This document shows positions 51,601-60,497 of a DNA stretch of 64,000 bases, one piece after another; within the stretch, counting starts at the first letter, position 1; every line of letters begins with the position of its first letter. Source of the stretch: Myxococcales bacterium (GTDB lineage Bacteria > Myxococcota > UBA727 > GCA-2721815). The stretch covers positions 2,688 to 66,687 of the forward strand of contig PBLQ01000046.1 in assembly GCA_002721815.1 (NCBI GenBank). Direction: 5' to 3'. The position numbers were made by a program, and so were the translations under genes. The notes beneath the pieces are model-generated. The model saw only the letters and a list, made by a program, of their open reading frames with translations, searched no databases and had not been told where the DNA came from.

Positions 51601-53940
51601 ATGCCGAACTTAAAACCATGTTTTGTCGGTTTCGCAAGTTTTGCAATCTGTGCTGGGCTCCTACTGGTTTCCTGTGAGCCCGAGCCGGCCACTCTCGAAC
51701 CCGCGTTTTTAGAGGTCGTGCGCCCTTTTCAGATGGGACCAAGCCCCCAAGGCATCAGCAAACGCAAAACGTTTACTTTTAAAAATGGGGGCGGGGAACG
51801 ACTCACCATCAGCGACTTTGACATCTCGCCCAACAACGGTGTGTTTCACCTCAACATGCCCAGCTTGCCCCTCGTTATTGGCGGGGACAACGCCACTGAC
51901 CTCGAAGTGACCTTTCGGCCCAACGGCGAAACAGAATTCTCCGCCGAGCTCACCATCGATTACAATCACGGTGAAACCCCACCCGCCCCCATTCCCCTCC
52001 AAGGGACTGGCACGACCAACCTCGTATGCTTGCCCTGCACCCCGCCGCCCGAATCCGAATGTGCCCTCGGGGGGGAAGTCTTTATCTATTACGAGGCCAC
52101 TGACGCTACCGATTGCGAGAGCGAAGATGGCATCTGCTCATATCTCATCTTTGAAGAAAGCTGTCAGGACTCGCCCTGCGATGCCCAAATGGGTCACTGC
52201 AGAGAGAATACGCCCGCAGATTCCGGCGCACCGCCCTCACGCGCTGACTCTGGCAATCACCTAGAATTAAACGATTCAGGGAGATGGGCCGATCACGGGG
52301 ACTCGGGGCATAACCCGGTACGACGCGACGCTGGTTCATTCACATTCTTAGCCGATTCCGGAAGCCATTTTATGGCCCGTGATGCTGGCGATCATGCGTT
52401 CGCGGATTCTGGAATTGATGCCTCGTGTACTGACATCAGCTGCCCAGAAAACACGCAGTGCCAAGCCGGTGTATGTGAATGCCTGGATGGCTACACGCGT
52501 TTCGACGCTGGCGCGCAATGTGCTGAGAACTGCGTTGTAGCGGGATGTGACGATAATAACTTATGCACCACCGACCAATGCAACGCTTCGGGCACCTGCA
52601 CGCATAGCAACACCCTTTGTAATACCCCACCCAGCCCACAATGCTACGAAACCACGGGCAGCTGTAATCCCACTGACGGACTCTGCGACTATAACACGTT
52701 AGACGGTGCCTGTGACGATGGCGACCTGTGTACCCTCAACGATCAGTGCCTGGATGGCGATTGCTTCTCCGGCACCCTAAAGACCTGCAACAACCCGCCC
52801 AACCCCCAATGCCAAGAAGCGCTGGGCGATTGCAATTCGGCCACTGGCGCTTGCAGTTACGCGCCTGTTCTCGGCGACTGTGAAGATGGTGATTTTTGCA
52901 GCCTCGACGATCAGTGTAACGACGGTATTTGTGCATCTGGTGCCCTCAAAGTCTGCAACAACCCGCCCAACCCCCAATGCCAAGAAGCGTTGGGCGATTG
53001 CGATCCAGCCACTGGTAACTGCGATTATCTTCCTAAAGCTGGGGGGTGCGAAGACGGCGATCTGTGCACCCTCAACGATCAATGTAACGCTGGTGCATGT
53101 GTGGCCGGGGCCAACAAACTTTGTAACAATCCACCAGCAGACGCCCAATGCCACAATCCCATTGGCATTTGTAACCCTGTCAATGGCGTGTGTACATACA
53201 TGCAGATCAATGGCGCCTGTAACGACAACGACCCCTGCACCATCAACGATCAATGTAACAATGGTGTCTGTGCCGGCATGCCCATGCCCTGCAACGATTC
53301 CGCCACGGTGTGCAAAAGCAACGATGGCACCTGCATCGATGGGACCTGTGTCTACCCGAATATCGATGGCGTCACTTGCGATGATTTAGATCCGTGTACC
53401 CAAACAGATACGTGCCAAGGCGGGGCCTGCATTGGGGCGAACCCCATTGTTTGCGACGAACACGATGGCGATGGTTGTTACGCGCAAGGCGAATGTGTGG
53501 ATGGCGCTTGCGAGTACCCCATCAACGAAGGCAAAGATTGCAACGATGGAAACGCATGTCTCTTAAATGACAAATGCCAGGCGGATGGTAGCTGTAAAGG
53601 CGACGCCCCTGTTACCTGTAGCGGGGTCCCCGAACCAGAGAACCCCTGCCGAGAGGTCCGAAGTACCTGCGATCCCATAGAAGGCTGCTACCAAAACAAG
53701 CCCGCAGCCTCCGACAACTGCTGTGATGGTCTGGGCGGCTATCAAGGCGGTCAGGGCGGTGATACACCCTGCTTCTATGGCTGTGAGCGATACGATGAGG
53801 AATCTGGTACTTGGCAAGCACTTTACGAATGCTGCTGCACGCCCAGCGGCGAATGCGTTGATCCGTCCGGGCAGGCTCCGGATGGGACCTCAAACTATGA
53901 AGTTTGCGGCTTTGGCGGCTACGGCGGTTACGGCGATTAA
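51601..53940 (+). CDS. Array lipoprotein A4: N-module + DSG/DAG linker + CDDxxxCT..D.C repeats
   Basis: Lipobox LVSC; 56-aa repeats CDDGDLCTLNDQC..G.C...CNNPPNPQC; no shared C-domain. Confidence 0.88.
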   Translation: MPNLKPCFVGFASFAICAGLLLVSCEPEPATLEPAFLEVVRPFQMGPSPQGISKRKTFTFKNGGGERLTISDFDISPNNGVFHLNMPSLPLVIGGDNATDLEVTFRPNGETEFSAELTIDYNHGETPPAPIPLQGTGTTNLVCLPCTPPPESECALGGEVFIYYEATDATDCESEDGICSYLIFEESCQDSPCDAQMGHCRENTPADSGAPPSRADSGNHLELNDSGRWADHGDSGHNPVRRDAGSFTFLADSGSHFMARDAGDHAFADSGIDASCTDISCPENTQCQAGVCECLDGYTRFDAGAQCAENCVVAGCDDNNLCTTDQCNASGTCTHSNTLCNTPPSPQCYETTGSCNPTDGLCDYNTLDGACDDGDLCTLNDQCLDGDCFSGTLKTCNNPPNPQCQEALGDCNSATGACSYAPVLGDCEDGDFCSLDDQCNDGICASGALKVCNNPPNPQCQEALGDCDPATGNCDYLPKAGGCEDGDLCTLNDQCNAGACVAGANKLCNNPPADAQCHNPIGICNPVNGVCTYMQINGACNDNDPCTINDQCNNGVCAGMPMPCNDSATVCKSNDGTCIDGTCVYPNIDGVTCDDLDPCTQTDTCQGGACIGANPIVCDEHDGDGCYAQGECVDGACEYPINEGKDCNDGNACLLNDKCQADGSCKGDAPVTCSGVPEPENPCREVRSTCDPIEGCYQNKPAASDNCCDGLGGYQGGQGGDTPCFYGCERYDEESGTWQALYECCCTPSGECVDPSGQAPDGTSNYEVCGFGGYGGYGD

Positions 53941-54054
53941 ATTTAAGTCAATGACCAAACAACTCCCCTGTACGACTTTAAGGCCGTGCGTTGCTTGCCC
54001 CTTATGGCGTCTGGGCTATACTGCCACCATGAACCTCGTGAGTTTTAAGTCGTT

Positions 54055-56061
54055 ATGAATTTCAAACTCTATTTGACAGGCTTTGGGCTAACCTTCACCG
54101 CCATCACCCTGGCAGGCTGTTCGGCCTGTGAACCCAAGCCTGTGACCCTAGAGTCACCATTTCTAGAAGTCATTCGGCCCTTTGACATGGGACCAAGCCC
54201 CAAAGGCATCAGCGTACGTAAATCCTTTACCTTTAAAAACGGTGGGGGAACGCGACTCATCATTGATGACTTCTCTTTTCAGCCCGATGAAAACGTATTC
54301 TATCTTGGCATCTCCGAATTGCCTCTGACAATTGCCATCGGGGCATCGGTGGATCTTCCTGTCACCTTTCGGCCTGCAGCAGAAACGGCTTACAGCTCTG
54401 ACCTCAATATCGATTTCAACCACGGGGACGATACGCCCACGCCAATCCCGGTGAAAGGAAAAGGCATTTCCAATATCCTTTGTTTGCCTTGTAGCCCCCC
54501 ACCTGAGCCTGAATGTGGGCTCGATGGTGAAGTATCCGTGTACTACGAGACCACCAACGCCACCGACTGCGAAAGCGAAGAAGGCATTTGCACCTACATG
54601 ATTTTAGAAATGCCCTGCGATAATGGGCTTTGCAATGAAGCCACCGGCCTGTGCCCCAGCTCTGACAACCCCGCTGCGGATGCAGGAACCGCCCCATCGC
54701 AGCCCACCGACGCTGGACAAGCCGTTGTCTTGGTGCCAGACGCCGGAGCCTCGCCACCGAGCGCAACCGACGCTGGGCAAGCCGTTGTCTTGGTACAAGA
54801 CGCCGGAGCCTCGCCACCGAGCCCCACCGACGCTGGACAAGCCGCTGTCTTGGTGCCAGACGCCGGAGCCTCACCACCGAGCCCAACCGACGCTGGCACC
54901 CCATTCATCGATTCAGGTGTTTCTGTCTTGGACAATGATAATGACGGCATTCCCAATGATGACGATGAATACCCCGAACATCATAACGGCGATCTTCAAT
55001 TCATCATTGATCTCATTGACAACAGTGAGGTGTTTCGGGCCCCGCTCGAATTGGGCGGCGAACAAATTTGGGAAAATGGTCGTTTGGTTCATGCGGACTT
55101 TCGGCTCTGTAATCTCAAAGGCCCCATCCCTGAATCCATCCAAAACGCCACCCAGCTGCGCTACCTCAACCTCGCCATGAACAATCTCTCGGGGGAAATC
55201 CCGGTACAAATTGGTGCGGCGCCTCTCTTGGAAACCCTCTATTTGAGCATGAACGCCTTCAGCGGAGCACTGCCTGCAGAACTCTATACGCTCACCAATT
55301 TGGTGGACTTAGACCTGGGTTACAACCACAACTTGGGTGGGTCTATTTCTGAAGCCATTGGCAACCTGGTACTCCTTCAATCATTGGGCCTGGGCCACGC
55401 GCAATTCACCGGGACACTGCCCGACACCCTGCTCAACCTGGCCGATTTAAGCTATCTCGATGTATCTTATAATCGGCTATCGGGAGAGCCTTTCGAGGTG
55501 CTCAACCTGCTCTCTCAGCCCACATATCTGCTGTTTGAACGTAACGAATTCACCGGCCAGCTTCCCTTGAGCTTGTGTGAATCGCCCGATCTCGTCATGT
55601 CTTTTCAAAACAATTATTTTTGTGGACCTTATCCTGACTGCGTTATCGCCAACAGCGCATTGGGAGACCAAAACACCTCAGGCTGTCCGTGTGACGAGGC
55701 AGAGGGGGTTTGCCTGCAAGGACAAGAGTGCGGGATTTTCAGCGCTGGGTGCGATCGTCTGTCGGTCTGCCCGCTCATTCACAGCGGCGTCTGTGAATGT
55801 CTCGATGGCTACAACACGTTTGATGGCGGTGCCGAGTGCGATTTGGTTCCCTGCCCCGCCAACGCCGCCGGTGCCCCCTTATGTGTGTGTGCCAATGATG
55901 ATGATTATTATGGGGGTCTGTATTTTGACCCAGAAACACGCCAATGGACAGAGGAATGCCAATACGATCCGTGCGCCATGGTCTTGTGTCCCAATGGAAC
56001 CACCTGCATTCCCCTGCCCAAGGGCCAAGACGGCGGAACTGCACGATATCGCTGCGAATAA
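54055..56061 (+). CDS. Array lipoprotein A5: N-module + DAG repeats + capped LRR cassette + EGF-like tail
   Basis: Lipobox LAGC; 24-aa LxxLxLxxNxLSGxIP repeats. Confidence 0.88.
   Translation: MNFKLYLTGFGLTFTAITLAGCSACEPKPVTLESPFLEVIRPFDMGPSPKGISVRKSFTFKNGGGTRLIIDDFSFQPDENVFYLGISELPLTIAIGASVDLPVTFRPAAETAYSSDLNIDFNHGDDTPTPIPVKGKGISNILCLPCSPPPEPECGLDGEVSVYYETTNATDCESEEGICTYMILEMPCDNGLCNEATGLCPSSDNPAADAGTAPSQPTDAGQAVVLVPDAGASPPSATDAGQAVVLVQDAGASPPSPTDAGQAAVLVPDAGASPPSPTDAGTPFIDSGVSVLDNDNDGIPNDDDEYPEHHNGDLQFIIDLIDNSEVFRAPLELGGEQIWENGRLVHADFRLCNLKGPIPESIQNATQLRYLNLAMNNLSGEIPVQIGAAPLLETLYLSMNAFSGALPAELYTLTNLVDLDLGYNHNLGGSISEAIGNLVLLQSLGLGHAQFTGTLPDTLLNLADLSYLDVSYNRLSGEPFEVLNLLSQPTYLLFERNEFTGQLPLSLCESPDLVMSFQNNYFCGPYPDCVIANSALGDQNTSGCPCDEAEGVCLQGQECGIFSAGCDRLSVCPLIHSGVCECLDGYNTFDGGAECDLVPCPANAAGAPLCVCANDDDYYGGLYFDPETRQWTEECQYDPCAMVLCPNGTTCIPLPKGQDGGTARYRCE
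54706..54896. repeat. 60-bp in-frame tandem repeat, 3 full copies plus a partial (TDAGQAVVLVPDAGASPPSP)
   Basis: ACCGACGCTGG recurs at 54706, 54766, 54826 and 54886 with near-identical intervening sequence. Confidence 0.95.
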
Positions 56062-56121
56062 GCCCCTCTACAGTCCGTCCTTTTTTCGTTTGCATATTTC
56101 GCCAAACCCCCCAAACACGGC

Positions 56122-56127
56122 TATAAT
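56122..56127 (+). promoter_or_regulatory. Putative -10 box 7 nt before the A6 ATG (possible leaderless mRNA)
   Basis: TATAAT-CTAAAGC-ATG with no Shine-Dalgarno. Confidence 0.45.
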
Positions 56128-56134
56128 CTAAAGC

Positions 56135-59100
56135 ATGACTCCAAATAAAGCGTCCCTTCAAATAATTGTGTCCTTATCGCTGCTTGCCCTTTTGGCATCT
56201 TGCGATCCTCCCGCGCCAGCCAAGGCAGGCGGCCCGGTATTGGAAATTGATTCCCCTCTCAAACTGGGCGAAAGCCCCAACGGCATCAGTGTCCGGGAAA
56301 CCTTCACCTTTTCGAATACGGGTGACTCCCAGCTCAGAATCTCTGATTTCTCACTCAAGCCCGACCAGGGCGTGTTCCAAGTGGGCATCAACGAATTGCC
56401 GCTCGAAATTCCCAGAGGTGCGTCAGTGGATGTAGAAGTCACCTTTCGCCCCAATGATGAAGCTGATTTTGAATCAGAACTCATTTTAGACTTTAATGTG
56501 GGTGATGTTGAACCGGCGCCTATTTTTATCCGAGGTGCAGGGATATCAAATTTGGTCTGCCTGTCCTGTGAGCCTCCTCCTGCTCCCGAGTGCCGACTCG
56601 ACGGGGATACTTCCGTCTTTTTTACCTCAACCTCTTCAACGGACTGTGAAAGTGAAGATGGAATTTGTGCCTATTTGATGTTCGAAGAAACCTGTCTGTT
56701 TGGCCCCTGTGATGAAGCCACCAAAGAATGCCCCTTACCAGCGGGCTGGGATGCTGGGCAACCCGTCGTGGACGCAGGCCAAATCCAAGTGGATGCTGGT
56801 CAGCCCTGGGTAGATGCGGGCTGGGTCGATCCATATCTCATGGGCGACGAAGATAACGATGGCATCCCCAACGGTGAAGACGAATACCCCGATCATCACA
56901 ACGATGATTTACAATTCATTATCGACCTGATCACCCAAAGTGGCTTGACCGTGGACCCGCTCGATCTTGGCGAGCAAACCTGGGAAAACAACCGGCTCGT
57001 AAAGGCCGATTTCAGAGAAACGAGTCTCAGCGGACCTATTCCGAATTCCGTAGAGAACCCTACGCAATTGCGAATTCTTGATTTGGCGCAAAACGCGTTG
57101 TCGGGCACCATCCCAACTCAAATCGGCACGCTGACAAATGTTGAAGAGCTCTATTTGTCCTTCAACCAACTCGAAGGCAACTTGCCGTCAGAGCTTTTCA
57201 ACTTGAGTTCGTTGGTGACAATCGACCTGGGGCGCAACGACAATCTGGGCGGAACACTACCGGAAGCCATTGCCGGATGGAGCAACATCGAGGTCTTTCT
57301 CTTTGGCAATGCAAGCCTTGATGGCCCTCTTCCAGATGCCTTGGGCGGGCTAGCCCAACTCCGAACACTGGTGCTTACAGACAACGAGCTCTCCGGCCCC
57401 CTTCCTCAAAGCGTGCTCGATCTCCCCGATCTAACCATTCTGTCCTTAGACCGAAACCAATTCAGCGGCACACTGCCCGCCAGTGTCTGCGTGGGTGATC
57501 GGGCTGATATCGCCTATTCATTCGAATTAAATGCCTTCTGTCCTGACTTCCCTTCATGCTTAACCAACGCCCAAGTGGGCGACCAAGACACCTCGCTTTG
57601 CACCTGTGCCCCAGGGTTTGAGATTGTCGACCTGGCCTGCAATGCGATTTTATGTGAAGAGGACGAATACGTTTCAAACCACACTTGCGAAACCTGCACC
57701 GAAGGACTGAACAACCCCGCAGGCGATGATGCGTCGGGGAATGACACCGCTTGCGGCGATTTCGATGCTGACGACGATGGCATTCCAGATTCAGAGGATG
57801 ATACGCCCAATCACAACAACAACGATTTGCAGTTCATCATCGATCTCATTGAGCAAAGCGGGCTCACCGTGGCGCCTTTGGATTTGGGCGATCAGAGCTG
57901 GGAAAATGGGCGATTGACGAACGCGACCTTTGACGGCGAAAGTCTGGTTGGGACCATTCCCCTCTCGATCCAAAACCCCACCCAGCTGAGGGTTTTGAAT
58001 TTATACGCCAACGGGCTTACCGGGGCCATTCCCCCTGAAATTGGCAACCTTTTGCTCCTCGAAACCCTTAACCTCAGCGGCAATTCCTTCTCGGGGGGGC
58101 TCCCTGACACCATGGGCAATCTCACCGGTTTGCAGACCATCGACCTGGTCAGCAACGAATTCACCGGCAGTATCCCCTCCTGGATTCAAAACGCCGCCGG
58201 ACTCAAAATTTTGAAAACGACCAACAATGGGTTCACCGGTGCCATCCCCCCTGAAATTAGCACTCTTTTGCTCCTGGAAAATCTTGAAATGGGAAGTAAT
58301 GAGCTGTCTGGAGAAATACCCGACACCCTAAGCAACCTCACCAATTTGCAGGTTTTAAACCTCGCTAGCAATTTATTAACCGGCACCATCCCTGAGGGGC
58401 TGGGCGCTTTGGAAAGTCTTTTGGAGCTTCATTTAGGGGGCAACGCCCTCACCGGTGGCATCCCTGAAGAACTGGGCAGTCTCACCAATTTAGAAACGTT
58501 GTGGTTGGGGGGAAACCAACTGAGCGGCGCCATTCCCCTTGAGCTCGCACAACTGGGTAACCTCCAAAATTTGTGGCTTCAAGACAACCAGCTCACCGGG
58601 CTAATTCCCGTAGAATTGGGCAATCTTCTTTCTCTAAAAAGGTTGTACCTAGATGAGAACCAGCTGGAAGGGCCCATCCCGCCAGAGCTAGAAAACCTGA
58701 CCCAATTGGAGGCCTTATCCCTTTGGAGCAATCAACTGGTGGGCAGTATTCCAACGACCCTGGGCGCTTTGAGTGAATTGCGTGTTTTGCTGCTTTCAAA
58801 AAACAATTTAGAAGGCGCCATTCCCACCGAGTTGGGCAATCTTACCGAAGTGTGGTCTCTCAACTTAAGTGACAACAACTTAAGCGGCAGCATTCCCGCC
58901 ACGCTGGGAAATCTTGTCAACTTAGATTCTTTAGACTTAAGCGAAAACTCTCTCACTGGCAGCATTCCATCGGCACTGGGTAACTGTACCAGCCTCAAGT
59001 CGCTTAAAGTGAACAACAACTTTCTCGAAGGCGCCATCCCAGCGGTCCTGTGTGATTTAACTGAAATCTACCACATTAACGTTACCGACAATTCGTTCTG

Positions 59101-60412
59101 CCCTGCTTACCCCGCATGCCTTATCGGCGATATTGGCACCCAAGACACCACTGCTTGCACCTGCGATCTGGGTTACGAAATCTCAGGGCTGGAATGCGTT
59201 GCCATACAATGCGGGGAAGATGAGTATGTCGCCAACCATGTCTGTGAAGACTGTCCGGCAGGCAGCACCAATGCCGCAGGCGATGATGCGTCGACCGGTG
59301 ACACCATCTGCGACGCCACCTTGTGTGGTACCGATCAATACGTGCTCAGCAATGTCTGTCAAAACTGCCCGGCCGGCACCACCAATCTGGCCGGCGATAA
59401 TGCGTCGACCGGTGACACCATCTGTGACCCCACCTTATGTGCTGAGGATGAATACGTCTTCAACCACATTTGCACGCCCTGTGGGGGCACCGATACCAAT
59501 GCAGCGGGCGATGACGCATCCGGGCCCAATACCGATTGCGACACAAATGTCTGTGCCGGAATTATCTGTGGCGAAAATGCAATATGCAACCCTGACAATG
59601 CCGCAGTTGGGCAAATCCTCAATAACACTGCCGACAATCTCTGTGAGTGTCTTTCCGGCTACCAAGACAATGATGAAAACGGCGACTGCGTTCTTGTTTG
59701 CGATGACACTGATTTAGATGATGTCTGTAATGATATTGACAATTGCCTTTTGGTCCCCAACTCCAATCAAGCAAACTACGATGGGGATGCGTTTGGAGAT
59801 GCTTGCGACAGCACAACCTTCCAAAACGATGAGGATCTCGCTTTTCTCAACGATTTTGCTGGAAACTGTGGCTTGGCCGATATTTCCGAAATCCATAATG
59901 CATCCTTTAACAACAATGGGCGATTGTACGATTTAATCCATGAAAATGCAGGACTCACCTGCGAAATACCCGAATCACTTGGAAACGCCACAGAGCTTTG
60001 GCGCATCAGCTTAAATGGTAACAATTTATTTGGAGACATACCTGACTCCATTGGAAATCTCGTCAATTTAGAAGTTTTATGGTTGGGCGATAATAATCTT
60101 TCGGGCCCGGCCCCCAGCAGTATGTGGAATTTAACGGCGATGACAAACTTAATTTTGAGAAACAACAGTTTAAGCGGTTCAATCCCCTCTACGGTCGAAA
60201 ATATGTCTGATTTAGCAATCCTTTGGATTAACGGTAATGAATTCGAGGGTGAGCTACCGGCTGAGATTTGTAATTTAACGAATTTGAGCAATGTCATCCT
60301 TCAGTACAACAAGTTTTGCCCAACCTACCCATCATGCTTAACAAGCAATCAAATTGGCGACCAAAACACCACCAATTGCTCCAGCAATGGACCTGGGGAC
60401 AGCATCCCTTAA
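56135..60412 (+). CDS. Array lipoprotein A6: N-module + three capped plant-type LRR cassettes + 38-aa Cys repeats + TSP3-like Ca motif
   Basis: Lipobox LASC; LRR blocks of about 6, 15 and 4 full repeats; DNCLLVPNSNQANYDGDAFGDACD. Confidence 0.92.
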   Translation: MTPNKASLQIIVSLSLLALLASCDPPAPAKAGGPVLEIDSPLKLGESPNGISVRETFTFSNTGDSQLRISDFSLKPDQGVFQVGINELPLEIPRGASVDVEVTFRPNDEADFESELILDFNVGDVEPAPIFIRGAGISNLVCLSCEPPPAPECRLDGDTSVFFTSTSSTDCESEDGICAYLMFEETCLFGPCDEATKECPLPAGWDAGQPVVDAGQIQVDAGQPWVDAGWVDPYLMGDEDNDGIPNGEDEYPDHHNDDLQFIIDLITQSGLTVDPLDLGEQTWENNRLVKADFRETSLSGPIPNSVENPTQLRILDLAQNALSGTIPTQIGTLTNVEELYLSFNQLEGNLPSELFNLSSLVTIDLGRNDNLGGTLPEAIAGWSNIEVFLFGNASLDGPLPDALGGLAQLRTLVLTDNELSGPLPQSVLDLPDLTILSLDRNQFSGTLPASVCVGDRADIAYSFELNAFCPDFPSCLTNAQVGDQDTSLCTCAPGFEIVDLACNAILCEEDEYVSNHTCETCTEGLNNPAGDDASGNDTACGDFDADDDGIPDSEDDTPNHNNNDLQFIIDLIEQSGLTVAPLDLGDQSWENGRLTNATFDGESLVGTIPLSIQNPTQLRVLNLYANGLTGAIPPEIGNLLLLETLNLSGNSFSGGLPDTMGNLTGLQTIDLVSNEFTGSIPSWIQNAAGLKILKTTNNGFTGAIPPEISTLLLLENLEMGSNELSGEIPDTLSNLTNLQVLNLASNLLTGTIPEGLGALESLLELHLGGNALTGGIPEELGSLTNLETLWLGGNQLSGAIPLELAQLGNLQNLWLQDNQLTGLIPVELGNLLSLKRLYLDENQLEGPIPPELENLTQLEALSLWSNQLVGSIPTTLGALSELRVLLLSKNNLEGAIPTELGNLTEVWSLNLSDNNLSGSIPATLGNLVNLDSLDLSENSLTGSIPSALGNCTSLKSLKVNNNFLEGAIPAVLCDLTEIYHINVTDNSFCPAYPACLIGDIGTQDTTACTCDLGYEISGLECVAIQCGEDEYVANHVCEDCPAGSTNAAGDDASTGDTICDATLCGTDQYVLSNVCQNCPAGTTNLAGDNASTGDTICDPTLCAEDEYVFNHICTPCGGTDTNAAGDDASGPNTDCDTNVCAGIICGENAICNPDNAAVGQILNNTADNLCECLSGYQDNDENGDCVLVCDDTDLDDVCNDIDNCLLVPNSNQANYDGDAFGDACDSTTFQNDEDLAFLNDFAGNCGLADISEIHNASFNNNGRLYDLIHENAGLTCEIPESLGNATELWRISLNGNNLFGDIPDSIGNLVNLEVLWLGDNNLSGPAPSSMWNLTAMTNLILRNNSLSGSIPSTVENMSDLAILWINGNEFEGELPAEICNLTNLSNVILQYNKFCPTYPSCLTSNQIGDQNTTNCSSNGPGDSIP

Positions 60413-60497
60413 GTTCGCGGCCGCACACGCCTCTGAGGCGCTTGCCTTTTCAAAAAGGCTTGGCATGGTTTCCCGGATTTCCACCAAGGAGGCCGCC

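Noticed and set aside
54706-54896. Regular 60-bp periodicity suggesting a CRISPR array
   Set aside because: Whole units are near-identical with no unique spacers, they are in frame inside a CDS, and no cas genes are present
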